From an uncultured Gammaproteobacteria bacterium (GTDB taxonomy: Bacteria; Patescibacteriota; Microgenomatia; Levybacterales; UBA12049): 64,000 nt of DNA. The translations under genes were made by a program, and so were the position numbers. The notes under the pieces were generated by a model. That model had not been told where the DNA came from, did no database searches, and saw only the letters and a list, made by a program, of their open reading frames with translations. Numbering within the stretch: the first letter of the stretch is position 1; each line of letters opens with the position of its first letter. This document shows positions 38,626-49,072 of this stretch, in pieces. The stretch is taken from assembly GCA_965230895.1 (NCBI GenBank), contig OZ246394.1, forward strand, positions 1,121,887 to 1,185,886, in the 5' to 3' direction.

Positions 38626-39909
38626 ATGAATATCGCAATCGTTGGTGCAGGATTTACAGGACTTTCAGCAGCCTATCAGCTTGCAAAAAAAGGACATTCC
38701 GTTACTATTTTTGAAAAAGACACACAACCAGGTGGACTGGCAATTGGATATAAAGAAAAAAATTGGGATTGGACAGTTGAGAAACACTACCACCATTGGT
38801 TTACCAATGATAATTTCGTACTCGATTTAGCCAAAGATATTAATTATAACGTTCTTATCAAAACTCCAAAATCATCTTTCTTTATTGATAATGCTCCATA
38901 TAAATTTGATACACCAGCAGCAATTCTTTCTTTTCCAAAACTTCCCATGGTAGATAAAGTACGTATGGCAGCTGTATTCGCTTTCCTCTTTAGACTAAAC
39001 CCTTTCTGGAAAAGTTTGGAAGGATACAAAGTTTCCGAATTTGTACCAAAACTTATCGGGAAAAAAGCTTACGAGCTCCTGTGGAAACCACAGCTTGTAA
39101 ATAAAATGGGCCAACATGCTGACAAGATATCACTTGTTTGGTTCTGGGCAAGAGTTAAAAAGAGAACAACTTCTCTTGCATACCCTGAAGGTGGCTTTCT
39201 GCCATTTGCACAAGCAGTTGTTACAGCAATTGAGAAAAATGGTGGAAAAGTGAAATTCAACCAAGAAGTTGTAGAAATATCTGAAAAGAAAAATCTCATA
39301 ACAGTATCCTATCGAGGTGTTAATAAAAGAAAAAAAACTGAAACATTTGATAAAGTTATTTTTACGCTCCCCTCATTCCTTTTTCTTAAGACTACTCCAC
39401 AATTACCTCAAAAATATAAAAAGTCTTTAGTACGTTTACAAGGATTGAGCGCAACAAATATGCTTCTCCGATTAAAGAAACCTTTTTTTAAAGATAGTAC
39501 ATACTGGATGAGTATATGCGAACAAGATGCGCCAATTATGGCTATCATTGAGCACACAAACTTTATGGATAAGAAGCATTTTGACAATGAACATCTTGTT
39601 TATGTCGGCAATTACGCTTTTACTGATAACAAACTGGAGATTACGAAAGAGAAGTTACTACCAATGTATGATGCCTATTTGAAAAAAATTAATCCAGAAT
39701 ATCGAAAAAATTTAATTGGATACGAACTTTTCAAAGCTCCATTTGCACAACCAATCGTACCAACTAATTATTCCAAAATGATTCCTCAAATGAAAACACC
39801 TCTTAACAATGTTATTCTCGCAAATATCGAGCAAGTCTATCCTTGGGATCGCGGAACTAACTATGCAGTAGAGCTTGGTGAAAAAGCTGCTGATATGATA
39901 ACAGAATAG
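38626..39909 (+). CDS. FAD-dependent oxidoreductase, UDP-galactopyranose-mutase-like (putative)
   Basis: N-terminal Rossmann motif IAIVGAGFTGLSAAYQL...IFEK. The block VEKHYHHWFTNDNFVLD resembles Glf H-x-YG-x-H-I-FHTND. Confidence 0.45.
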   Translation: MNIAIVGAGFTGLSAAYQLAKKGHSVTIFEKDTQPGGLAIGYKEKNWDWTVEKHYHHWFTNDNFVLDLAKDINYNVLIKTPKSSFFIDNAPYKFDTPAAILSFPKLPMVDKVRMAAVFAFLFRLNPFWKSLEGYKVSEFVPKLIGKKAYELLWKPQLVNKMGQHADKISLVWFWARVKKRTTSLAYPEGGFLPFAQAVVTAIEKNGGKVKFNQEVVEISEKKNLITVSYRGVNKRKKTETFDKVIFTLPSFLFLKTTPQLPQKYKKSLVRLQGLSATNMLLRLKKPFFKDSTYWMSICEQDAPIMAIIEHTNFMDKKHFDNEHLVYVGNYAFTDNKLEITKEKLLPMYDAYLKKINPEYRKNLIGYELFKAPFAQPIVPTNYSKMIPQMKTPLNNVILANIEQVYPWDRGTNYAVELGEKAADMITE

Positions 39910-39945
39910 CTCCATTCAGAATATTTTCAGATATAATAAAAGGAT

Positions 39946-41613
39946 ATGCATCTGATCCTTAAGAATAAATATACGTATTTCGTTTCTATACTCACTATTT
40001 TAGGCTTTTTTCTCCATTTTTATAATCTTAATTGGGGTGCTCCATATTATTTTCATCCTGATGAAAGAAATGTCGCAAGTGCAATATCGCAACTTCGATT
40101 CCCCGAACAATTAAATCCTAATTTTTTTGCATACGGTTCGTTTCCTATTTATGTTGTTTTCTTCACGGGGCTTCTTTTTAATACAATTACAAATAATCCA
40201 CTCCATGGGCAAATTCCTTTTGATCAAGCGATCATTATCGGGAGGATGTATTCTGCGATTTTCGCAACAGCGCTTATACCATTGCTTTATATTTTGGGTA
40301 CAAAACTTCATGATAAACGGACTGGCGTAATTGCGGCAACATTTACCACATTAAGTACAGGATTTATCCAATTTGCACATTTCGGAACATTTGAGCTTTG
40401 GCTTACATTCTTTACTACCGTTCTCTTCTGGTTATGTCTAAAACTTTTAGAAAGAAAAACCATCAGGTACGTACTTCTTATTGGATTAGTTTGTGGGATA
40501 CTTGTTGCAACAAAAATTTCGCATCTTACTATTCTTCCGTTGCCACTTTTAGCATTAATAGCACTCCATATTAAAGGAAAGGGCAAGCATCATCACAAAT
40601 TCACTCGGCTATTGTTCTTTGTCCAAGAACTTGCACTTTTAGGAATTACTACTTTACTCATTTATTTTGCAACCAATCCATATGTGCTACTTGATTTCAA
40701 TGCCTTTTTTGCAAGCATGAACTATGAATCAAGTGTTGGATTAAATACGCTTCCTGTATTTTATACTCAAGGATTTTACGAGACGATACCTGTCTTTTAT
40801 CAATTTCTTAATATTTATCCATTCCTCCTTAACCCGATTATGACTATTCTTTTTGTCTTTACTTTTATATTCATCCTTGTCTGGGCAATTCGTTACAAAA
40901 ATTTACAGTATCTTTTGCTGCTGGGATTTTTCATTATTCTTTTTGTTTCTCAATCTTTTCTTTTTATTAAATGGGCTCGGTATATGATACCAACACTCCC
41001 CTTTCTCTATCTCATTATTGCCTTAACACTTTCGCATGTGCTTTTCAGGAAATCGTATGTTGCAAATGTCGCGAAGCATAGTCTAATGCGCGTAATAGTT
41101 ATTTCAATTTTTATTGTTAACACAATTTTTTCTCTTTCTTATTTTGTGACAGCCTTCGTCCAACCGGATACAAGAATCTCAGCTGCCACTTTTTCACGTC
41201 AGGCAATCCCCGCTACTGCAGCTGTTTTGACTGAAACATATGATATTGGAATAACACCTTTCAATAGTATCTTTACAAAGATAGTTATTTTTAACACCTA
41301 TGATCTTGATAGTGACTCACTTGAATATAACGAGACAACTTTGAATGAAATTGCAAAAAATTCAGATTATATAATCATCCCAAGTCAACGCGTACTGCAA
41401 ACACGTATCAATAACCCACAGCGTTACCCTATTGGCAATAAATTTTATAGTTCGTTAATGCATGGCAAATTCGGATATACCAAGGTTTATGAGACACCAT
41501 GTGACACAATCTGTAAAATTGCCTACTTAGGGGATCCTATCTATCACTTTGAACAGACGATTAATGTCTTTGACCGTCCAACTGTATTTATTTTCAAGAA
41601 TAATACTAAATAA
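39946..41613 (+). CDS. GT-C fold glycosyltransferase (family 39/83-like, polyprenyl-phosphate-sugar dependent), paralog 1
   Basis: More than 10 TM segments. An N-terminal loop carries the FHPDERNV motif (a DE in the first loop is typical of PMT/ArnT-like GT-C enzymes). It is homologous to the next gene. Confidence 0.6.
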   Translation: MHLILKNKYTYFVSILTILGFFLHFYNLNWGAPYYFHPDERNVASAISQLRFPEQLNPNFFAYGSFPIYVVFFTGLLFNTITNNPLHGQIPFDQAIIIGRMYSAIFATALIPLLYILGTKLHDKRTGVIAATFTTLSTGFIQFAHFGTFELWLTFFTTVLFWLCLKLLERKTIRYVLLIGLVCGILVATKISHLTILPLPLLALIALHIKGKGKHHHKFTRLLFFVQELALLGITTLLIYFATNPYVLLDFNAFFASMNYESSVGLNTLPVFYTQGFYETIPVFYQFLNIYPFLLNPIMTILFVFTFIFILVWAIRYKNLQYLLLLGFFIILFVSQSFLFIKWARYMIPTLPFLYLIIALTLSHVLFRKSYVANVAKHSLMRVIVISIFIVNTIFSLSYFVTAFVQPDTRISAATFSRQAIPATAAVLTETYDIGITPFNSIFTKIVIFNTYDLDSDSLEYNETTLNEIAKNSDYIIIPSQRVLQTRINNPQRYPIGNKFYSSLMHGKFGYTKVYETPCDTICKIAYLGDPIYHFEQTINVFDRPTVFIFKNNTK

Positions 41614-41615
41614 AA

Positions 41616-43310
41616 ATGTACAATAAACATATGTTGAAACAAAACTTACTTGCAAAAATTATCCTTCTTGGGATCGTACTCTTAGGTGGATTTTTGAGAT
41701 TTTATGATTTTGACTGGGATCAAGGACAACATCTCCATCCAGATGAAAGATTCTTAACAATGGTCGGGACCTCTATGATTATGCCAATTTCGTTTGCAGA
41801 TTATATGAATCCCGATACCTCGACGTTCAATCCCGCAAATATTGGTCATTCATTTTATGTTTATGGGACATTGCCAGTTGTCCTCACTAAGCTTATCGCA
41901 ATAAATCTAGGCTATGACAATTATGGGGATATCACGATTCTTGGACGATTATTTTCGGGCTTCGTAGATATACTGACAATTATTGTTATATATAAAATTA
42001 CTTCTTTACTTCAAAAACGGCATAAACTCCATCCGCATATCAAATATTGGGCTTCCTTTTTCTATGCCATTACTGTTTTACCGATACAACTCTCTCATTA
42101 TTTTGCAGTGGATACATTCCTCAATTTCTTTATGATAACTGCATTTTATCTTATGTTGCGTTTTAGTTATACAAAAAACCTAGCATTTGTAGCAGTAAGC
42201 GCAATTTTCTTTGGACTGGCTATTGGTTCAAAAATAAGTGCAATTTATATAGCGCCCCTGTTAGCATTCTTCTTAGTTAAAACATATATTCCCCATTTCC
42301 CAGTCCATAAAAAAGCTATTATCCACATCCTCTTATCTGGTTTCATTTTCAGTTTTACTGCATATTTAATTGGAAGATTAGCAGATCCTTACCTTTTTCA
42401 AACCGGAAATATTTTTGATCCGACAATAAGCAAACTCTTTCTTGATAACATCGATGCTTTAAAAAATTGGGGAAGCGCTGATGCATGGTTTCCACCAAGT
42501 GTCCAATGGATAAATAAAATACCAATTGTGTATCCACTGATAAATCTTGTACTTCTTGGCATAGGTGTTGGATATACGATTTTTCTTATCTGGGGTGCTA
42601 TCCAATTATTCAGGAGATATACTCATATTGATTTTATAGCAATTTTTTCTTGGACCCTATTCTTTTTTCTTTATCAAGGATTACAGTTTTCAACTACAAT
42701 GCGTTACTTCTTGCCACTCTATCCATTCTTAGCGTTGCTTGCTGCAATCGGTTTTTATGAACTTACGAAACATCGATCCAATGTCATTAGATTTATGTGC
42801 ATCATTTCTGTTGTACTTTGGACAATGTTTTTCTTTTCAATATATACTCTGCCACATACACGAAATACCGCAAGTATATGGATTTACGATCATATTCCAA
42901 ATGGACGTACACTGCTCAGTGAACATTGGGATGATAGCCTACCACTAGGTACAAATCCTCCATCACAAAAAACATATACACTTGAACAGCTTCCTGTATT
43001 TGATCCAGATACATCAGAAAAGTGGCAAAAAATGGATGAACTATTGGACAGGGGTGACTATCTAATACTCTCTTCAAATCGTGGTTGGGGCAGTATACCA
43101 ACAGTACCTGACAGATATCCTCAAACAACAAAGTACTACAAAGATTTATTAGGAGGAAATTCAAAGTATAAAAAAGTTGCAGAGTTTACATCCTATCCGT
43201 CACTTAACTATCTGGGTATTCCAATAAGTATTCCCGATGATTGGGCGGAGGAAGCTTTTACTGTCTATGATCATCCTAAAGTTATGATCTTTGAGAATAC
43301 AGAAAAATAA
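41616..43310 (+). CDS. GT-C fold glycosyltransferase, paralog 2
   Basis: LHPDERFLTMVG motif in the first loop, and the same multi-TM architecture. Confidence 0.6.
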   Translation: MYNKHMLKQNLLAKIILLGIVLLGGFLRFYDFDWDQGQHLHPDERFLTMVGTSMIMPISFADYMNPDTSTFNPANIGHSFYVYGTLPVVLTKLIAINLGYDNYGDITILGRLFSGFVDILTIIVIYKITSLLQKRHKLHPHIKYWASFFYAITVLPIQLSHYFAVDTFLNFFMITAFYLMLRFSYTKNLAFVAVSAIFFGLAIGSKISAIYIAPLLAFFLVKTYIPHFPVHKKAIIHILLSGFIFSFTAYLIGRLADPYLFQTGNIFDPTISKLFLDNIDALKNWGSADAWFPPSVQWINKIPIVYPLINLVLLGIGVGYTIFLIWGAIQLFRRYTHIDFIAIFSWTLFFFLYQGLQFSTTMRYFLPLYPFLALLAAIGFYELTKHRSNVIRFMCIISVVLWTMFFFSIYTLPHTRNTASIWIYDHIPNGRTLLSEHWDDSLPLGTNPPSQKTYTLEQLPVFDPDTSEKWQKMDELLDRGDYLILSSNRGWGSIPTVPDRYPQTTKYYKDLLGGNSKYKKVAEFTSYPSLNYLGIPISIPDDWAEEAFTVYDHPKVMIFENTEK

Positions 43311-43311
43311 C

Positions 43312-44445
43312 TTATTGTAAGATTGATTGATATGCTTCTAAAACTTTTTGTGTTGAATATATCTTATGCAGAGCTTCTTTACTTTTAATATAACTTTTTT
43401 TGTATTTAATAACTTGCACTAACTTGTCAGCAAAATCTTTCGAATTTTTCATTTTGGCAACCTCTCCCATTCCTGTCTGCTGGACAATTGTCCGAACTCC
43501 AGGAAGATTTGAAGAAACCACAGGGGTACCACAATACATTGCTTCAACCTGAACCATACCAAAGACTTCTGTCGGATTTATACTTGGTAATACAAGCACA
43601 TCAAGCATGCTATAAAACGCACCAAGTTCTGAATCTTTTAGTTCTCCAATAGTAATTATGTGATCTTTATACTTATTTAAATACCCTTGTATTCTCTTCT
43701 GATACGCCCTCTCTCCTACAACCTGTTCAGGTCCAGCAAGAACGATTGCAAATGGTTTATTAAGTAACGCTTGAATCCTCGGTATTGCTTCAAATACATA
43801 TTCAATCCCCTTTTCGGAGGCCAGTCTGCCAACGAAGCCAATATATTTTTTCTGTAAATCCGGAAACCGTTGTTGAAGACTTTGTTTTGAAGAAGATAAG
43901 ATTTTAGGTTCCAAAATAACTGGAGGAATAATATGTATAGGCTTTGTAATACTGCGTAATGTCTTTGAAAAGTTCTTATAATCTTTTGTTAATGTTATGA
44001 CATCATTTGATAATGAAAGCGAGAGATTATTGCTCCATTGAAGCATCCGAACAACAATGTTGTTGGTTAAACTTCCACTCATAGTGACATCACAGATATA
44101 AATACTGTGAACTTTTTTTCTTAATAACTTCGCAATAAGCGCAACTATGCATCCTTCAAATTGGGGTAAGTTAATAAGCACATGATCTGACGATTTCACT
44201 TCTTTATATACTGCATACCACCAGCCTGGCATCAAGAACCCCTTACTTAATCTGAGAATGAATGGAACACGAAATACTTGAACATGATTAATTGTTTCTT
44301 CACGCGGTAAAGATTTTTTATGTTGTGCTGTAATGACATGAACAACGTACCCATTTTTGGCTAAAAGCTCGGCTACATTTTTTATAGAATTGGTAAGCCC
44401 ACTGATATGTGGTGCATAATAAGCTGCACTGATAAGAATTTTCAT
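43312..44445 (-). CDS. Glycosyltransferase family 4 (GT-B)
   Basis: The C-terminal half carries the GT4 E-x7-E region (EVFGMVQVEAMYCGTPVV). The start is placed at the internal ATG at 44445. Confidence 0.7.
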   Translation of the reverse strand: MKILISAAYYAPHISGLTNSIKNVAELLAKNGYVVHVITAQHKKSLPREETINHVQVFRVPFILRLSKGFLMPGWWYAVYKEVKSSDHVLINLPQFEGCIVALIAKLLRKKVHSIYICDVTMSGSLTNNIVVRMLQWSNNLSLSLSNDVITLTKDYKNFSKTLRSITKPIHIIPPVILEPKILSSSKQSLQQRFPDLQKKYIGFVGRLASEKGIEYVFEAIPRIQALLNKPFAIVLAGPEQVVGERAYQKRIQGYLNKYKDHIITIGELKDSELGAFYSMLDVLVLPSINPTEVFGMVQVEAMYCGTPVVSSNLPGVRTIVQQTGMGEVAKMKNSKDFADKLVQVIKYKKSYIKSKEALHKIYSTQKVLEAYQSILQ

Positions 44446-44501
44446 AAAAACCGCTTTTGCAAAGCAATACTGAGTGTTATACAATACATTATACTACTAG
44501 T

Positions 44502-45059
44502 ATGAAGATAGGATTTGACTTAGACCGAGTTTTTATTAACACTCCACCATTTGTTCCTGGCAAAATTATTACTAAACTTTATAAAAAGAAGGATAATGGT
44601 GTCTTACTTTACAGAATACCTTCCCATTCAGAACAGCTCTTCCGGAAAGCAACGCATCACCCGCTTCTGCGCCCACCTATTGAAGAGAATTTAACTGTTT
44701 TGAGAAGTATTGCAAATAAAAATAATAAACTATACCTCATATCCAGTCGTTATAAATTCCTTGAAGACATCACAGGAAAACTTGTGAAGAGACACGGTCT
44801 TGATGACATTTTTGAAAAGCTTTACTTCAACTATGATAACAAACAACCTCACATATTTAAAAATGATATTCTCAAAAAACTAAAGCTTGATATGTATATT
44901 GATGATGATCTCTCATTGCTCCAATTTGTCGCCAAAGAAAATCCGAAGACTAAATTTTATTGGCTTGAAACTGATGAGAAGGATAGCGCCTTGGCTCATC
45001 ATAAAAAGTTAGAAAAAAATGTCTTCCCTATATCCAATTTATCCACTATACTAAGCTAA
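44502..45059 (+). CDS. HAD-superfamily hydrolase (phosphatase/5-prime-nucleotidase-like)
   Basis: Motif I is IGFDLDRV, motif II is LISS, and a K...DMYIDDD motif III/IV is present. The start is placed at the ATG at 44502. Confidence 0.55.
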   Translation: MKIGFDLDRVFINTPPFVPGKIITKLYKKKDNGVLLYRIPSHSEQLFRKATHHPLLRPPIEENLTVLRSIANKNNKLYLISSRYKFLEDITGKLVKRHGLDDIFEKLYFNYDNKQPHIFKNDILKKLKLDMYIDDDLSLLQFVAKENPKTKFYWLETDEKDSALAHHKKLEKNVFPISNLSTILS

Positions 45060-45060
45060 T

Positions 45061-47337
45061 ATGTTACCGTCAGATATTTATGCAGTATTGCAATGGTGGT
45101 CTATAATTCTTCTTATTGGAGTTGGCTTTCTTCCACTCACATTCCTTCTCTTCGACAAATTTTTTGATAAGGGATATATTTTTGCAAAACTTATTGGACT
45201 TATCCTCATAGGGTATTTCATTTTCGTACTAGGTGTTTTTAGAATTTTGCCATTCACGACTATTAGTATCTTCGTCGCCTTTTTTATACTAGTTATTGCC
45301 CAGATAGTTCTTCTTCCCAAAAAGTGGCGAATACTTTTCGTCCTTAAGAAATTTTGGCCAGTCTTTATCATCGAAGAAGTCCTATTTTTAACAATACTTT
45401 TCATCTGGGCATATATTCATTCTTTCGCCCCAGATATCCATGGATTAGAAAAGTATATGGACTTTGGCTTTATTAATTCGTTCTTGAGATCAGATTATTT
45501 ACCAGCCAAAGACATGTGGTTTACTCCATTTACTATTAATTACTATTACTTTGGACATTTACTGACAGCAATGTTGACAAAGATGTCAGGACTTTCATCT
45601 TCAATTACATTTAATCTTATGCTTTCAACCATCGTCGCTTTTTGCTTTGTCCAGACATTTTCAATCGGAGCAAATCTTTATGTGCACTTAACCCAAAATC
45701 CGAAAATCGCAAAATTAAAACTCGCAGTCGCTGGTTTTTTAAGCGCAGCACTTGTCACATTCGCTGGTAATCTTCATATTTTCTATGCGTTCTTTAAACC
45801 ATATAAAGCCGATGCTCCTGTACCATTCTGGCAATTACAATTTAGTCCGGCGGACTTCCCAAACTCATACTGGTATCCAAATGCTACTCGTTTTATTTAT
45901 AACACTATTCATGAATTCCCTATTTACTCCTGGGTTGTTGCCGATCTGCACGGACATGTATTAGATATTCCATTTGTTCTCTTAACAATAGGTTTACTCT
46001 TGGCACTTGTTTTGAATAGCACGACAAAGAATCCTGATGAAGAGCCAAAACTTAATAATACATTCCAAGTGCATCCTCTGTTCCTTATATTTACAGGTCT
46101 TCTCCTAGCTTGTATGTATATGACCAATGCTTGGGATGGGGCGATCTATTTATTACTTGTAGGATTAGTTCTCCTTTATGTTCATGGTACAAAAGCAGAA
46201 CTTTATAAAAAGGCATTTGATACAGAAGAAAAACCGGTAGTGGAAGTTCTGAAAAAAGCGAGTGATTCTGGCAAGAAAATAAGACGTTTTCAAGAATGGC
46301 AGTTTGCACTCGGTCGAGATTTTGTACTCGCTTTTCTGGTAGTTTTGGCTTCATTCTTTGCTTTCACAACACCATACAATATTAATTTTGATCCATTTGT
46401 CTCAGGAATTGGAGTTCTTTGTGCTCCTGAATTCCTAACTAATTTACAAAAGGTTGGACCTTTCCTTTTTGAAGCAAATCATTGCCAAAAATCATATCCT
46501 TGGCAATTATTTACTCTTTATGGTTTCTTCTACTTCTTTGTTGTTATTTTCGCAATTGCAATATTACGAGCAAAGGAGCATAAAGCTACAGATATTTTTG
46601 TATTAATGCTAGTTATACTCTCTACATTCCTCATTATTATTCCAGAATTTTTCTATGTAAAAGATATTTATCCTGCTCACTATCGAGCAAACACTATGTT
46701 TAAACTTGTCTTCCAAGCATTTATTATGCTCGGTTTAAGTAGTGCGTATATCATCGTCCGTTCTTTTGTACTTATGCAGTTTTCAAATCTTAGCGCGCTT
46801 AAAAGGTTAGGAATGATTTTATATCTATTTACGACAATCACTCTCGTCTACTTTGTACTTACTTATCCATACCTTGCAGTAAAAGCATATTATGGAGATT
46901 TCAAAAACTATCAAGGGCTCAATGGCATCGCTTATTTGCAAAAATTATATCCGGCAGATTATGACGCAATTGCTTGGCTTAACGAAAATGTAAAAGGACA
47001 ACCGGTTATTCTTGAAGCACAAGGAGACTCATATACTGATTTTGGAAGAGTATCAACAAATACAGGATTGCCGACGGTTCTTGGATGGACGGTCCATGAA
47101 TGGTTATGGCGCGGATCATATGATATCCCTTCACCAAGAATTGAAGAGGTAAAGACGTTATATGAAACAGGTGATATAAATGTTACAAAGAACCTTATTA
47201 AAAAATATAATATTCAATATGTTTTCATCGGGAATATGGAATTCCAGAAACATCCAAATCTCGACGCAGATAAATTTAACCAATTAGGAAAAGTTGTCTT
47301 CCAAAAAGAGAATACAAGAATCTATAAATTGAATTAG
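45061..47337 (+). CDS. DUF2298 / chlor_Arch_YYY-family polytopic membrane protein (putative GT-C-like glycosyltransferase)
   Basis: 758 aa, highly hydrophobic, with the hallmark NYYYFGH motif. Confidence 0.6.
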   Translation: MLPSDIYAVLQWWSIILLIGVGFLPLTFLLFDKFFDKGYIFAKLIGLILIGYFIFVLGVFRILPFTTISIFVAFFILVIAQIVLLPKKWRILFVLKKFWPVFIIEEVLFLTILFIWAYIHSFAPDIHGLEKYMDFGFINSFLRSDYLPAKDMWFTPFTINYYYFGHLLTAMLTKMSGLSSSITFNLMLSTIVAFCFVQTFSIGANLYVHLTQNPKIAKLKLAVAGFLSAALVTFAGNLHIFYAFFKPYKADAPVPFWQLQFSPADFPNSYWYPNATRFIYNTIHEFPIYSWVVADLHGHVLDIPFVLLTIGLLLALVLNSTTKNPDEEPKLNNTFQVHPLFLIFTGLLLACMYMTNAWDGAIYLLLVGLVLLYVHGTKAELYKKAFDTEEKPVVEVLKKASDSGKKIRRFQEWQFALGRDFVLAFLVVLASFFAFTTPYNINFDPFVSGIGVLCAPEFLTNLQKVGPFLFEANHCQKSYPWQLFTLYGFFYFFVVIFAIAILRAKEHKATDIFVLMLVILSTFLIIIPEFFYVKDIYPAHYRANTMFKLVFQAFIMLGLSSAYIIVRSFVLMQFSNLSALKRLGMILYLFTTITLVYFVLTYPYLAVKAYYGDFKNYQGLNGIAYLQKLYPADYDAIAWLNENVKGQPVILEAQGDSYTDFGRVSTNTGLPTVLGWTVHEWLWRGSYDIPSPRIEEVKTLYETGDINVTKNLIKKYNIQYVFIGNMEFQKHPNLDADKFNQLGKVVFQKENTRIYKLN

Positions 47338-47348
47338 TTATTTGAAAT

Positions 47349-47840
47349 TCAAGGTTGATTATTTACTAATGAAAATCCTTTCATAATTGCTTGTATCTCA
47401 GCATCATTTCCAGCTTTCTTTGTACTCACTACTTTTGTTTGAATTTCTTCCTTGGAAAACCAACCAAACTGAGAGTGGTCTTCTGGATGCAACTGGATCA
47501 TTTCGAAAGAATCTACAAACTGCGCAAAATAAATAACCTCGATAGAATGAGAACCTTTCACTTCATTCATGTATGTAAAAACTGCAAAGGGATTTCCTAC
47601 TGTAATTTCCATATTGAACTCTTCTCTAATTTCACGTTTTAATCCCTCTACAATATCTTCTCCGAAATCTATATGTCCACCAGGTAATTCGTAAACATCT
47701 GGAAGGAATTTTTTGGTAGCAGCTCTTTTTGGCAGAAATAGTTTTGTTGTATTTTCGAAGGTTGCATGAATGAAAGCGCAGGCTGTTATAACTTGCTGCC
47801 CTTGAGCAGGAATCTCGCTATCATGTTTTACTTCTGCCAT
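47349..47840 (-). CDS. NUDIX hydrolase
   Basis: Nudix box GGHIDFGEDIVEGLKREIREEFNMEI. Confidence 0.8.
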   Translation of the reverse strand: MAEVKHDSEIPAQGQQVITACAFIHATFENTTKLFLPKRAATKKFLPDVYELPGGHIDFGEDIVEGLKREIREEFNMEITVGNPFAVFTYMNEVKGSHSIEVIYFAQFVDSFEMIQLHPEDHSQFGWFSKEEIQTKVVSTKKAGNDAEIQAIMKGFSLVNNQP

Positions 47841-47841
47841 A

Positions 47842-49047
47842 TTAATTCTTTGAAGTCTTTGTGGGTTTTGCTGTTGGAATTGGTGTTGGTGTTAAAATAC
47901 CAAATTCCCCAACTTTACAATCAATTCCTTTTATTTGGCAGGCAATATACTCTTGTATCTCACCATATTCACCATTCCCCGCTCTTGGAGAAAGAACCCA
48001 TTGGTTTTTGTACTCCGGACTTATTGGAGGGTTTAACAAAAGTCCATACCGATCCTCTGACTGGTCCCCTGTGTCTATAATCGCACTCTTTATTCTGGCA
48101 CCTTCCATCTTCTTAGCCAGCTTAATAAAATCATCATATTCATCTTCAGAAATATCTGTTTTTATACTGTCCTGCAATGTTGTCATAAGGCCAACAAGCT
48201 TAACTGGATTAAGGAATGTATCGACTGAAAGGATCCGGTCCTTAAACGCTGCGATTACTTTTTCTTGCCTCTTAGAGCGTGCAAAATCAGAGCCTTCCTT
48301 TCCAGTTCCGTGACGAGAACGGACATATTTTAGCGCAGTTTCTCCACTCATTTTTTGTTTACCTTTATCAAAATGGAGATGCTCGTATCTGCATGGAAAT
48401 GCATCGACTTCTGATGCGCTTCCTGACGCAATTTCGGCTGATAAACTTGCAATCCGATCTTCAGTGAGTCCGCACGCATCCGCCTCCATGCCAGAGATCG
48501 GATATTGATAGTCATCAAATGTATTATCCACTTCAAGCTCCAATCCTCCGACCATGTCTACCATTTTTTCAAACCCTCCAAAGTCTATCTTTACAGCATA
48601 GTCAATTGGTTGGTTCAACATATTTCCAACAAGAGCTTTTGTCGCCTTTAGACCGTTCCCTTCTTCTTTCTGTTCAGCAAACGTATATGTTGTATTAATC
48701 TTTGCTCCTAAATCAGGTACCCATGTATCTCGAGGAATTGAAACAAGTGTGACACGTTTGGTATTTGGATCTATATTTGCGTAAATGATTGTGTCAGTTA
48801 AATCAGGCCCATCATGATTACCTCCACCAACACCTAAAAGCAATAGATTTACTTTCTGATCTGGAGAACTAGCTTTTTTCAGTTGAATTTCCTGCTTAAA
48901 TATGAGTTCCCATAAGACAGGTATATATTTACCGGCCTTCACAAGCCCTATCCCAAGTAAAACCGCAAGAAAAACCAGTAGAGCAATTTTTACTCTACTT
49001 CTAACAGGTTTTCTCCGTCGTGAACGTAAAGGTGTGTGATGGTCCAT
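47842..49047 (-). CDS. LytR-CpsA-Psr (LCP) family cell-wall glycopolymer phosphotransferase
   Basis: N-terminal TM helix, and an LCP domain with LLLGVGGGNHDGPDLTDTIIYANIDP...IPRDTWV. Confidence 0.8.
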   Translation of the reverse strand: MDHHTPLRSRRRKPVRSRVKIALLVFLAVLLGIGLVKAGKYIPVLWELIFKQEIQLKKASSPDQKVNLLLLGVGGGNHDGPDLTDTIIYANIDPNTKRVTLVSIPRDTWVPDLGAKINTTYTFAEQKEEGNGLKATKALVGNMLNQPIDYAVKIDFGGFEKMVDMVGGLELEVDNTFDDYQYPISGMEADACGLTEDRIASLSAEIASGSASEVDAFPCRYEHLHFDKGKQKMSGETALKYVRSRHGTGKEGSDFARSKRQEKVIAAFKDRILSVDTFLNPVKLVGLMTTLQDSIKTDISEDEYDDFIKLAKKMEGARIKSAIIDTGDQSEDRYGLLLNPPISPEYKNQWVLSPRAGNGEYGEIQEYIACQIKGIDCKVGEFGILTPTPIPTAKPTKTSKN

Positions 49048-49072
49048 GAATTAAACAATAATTGATGATGAA

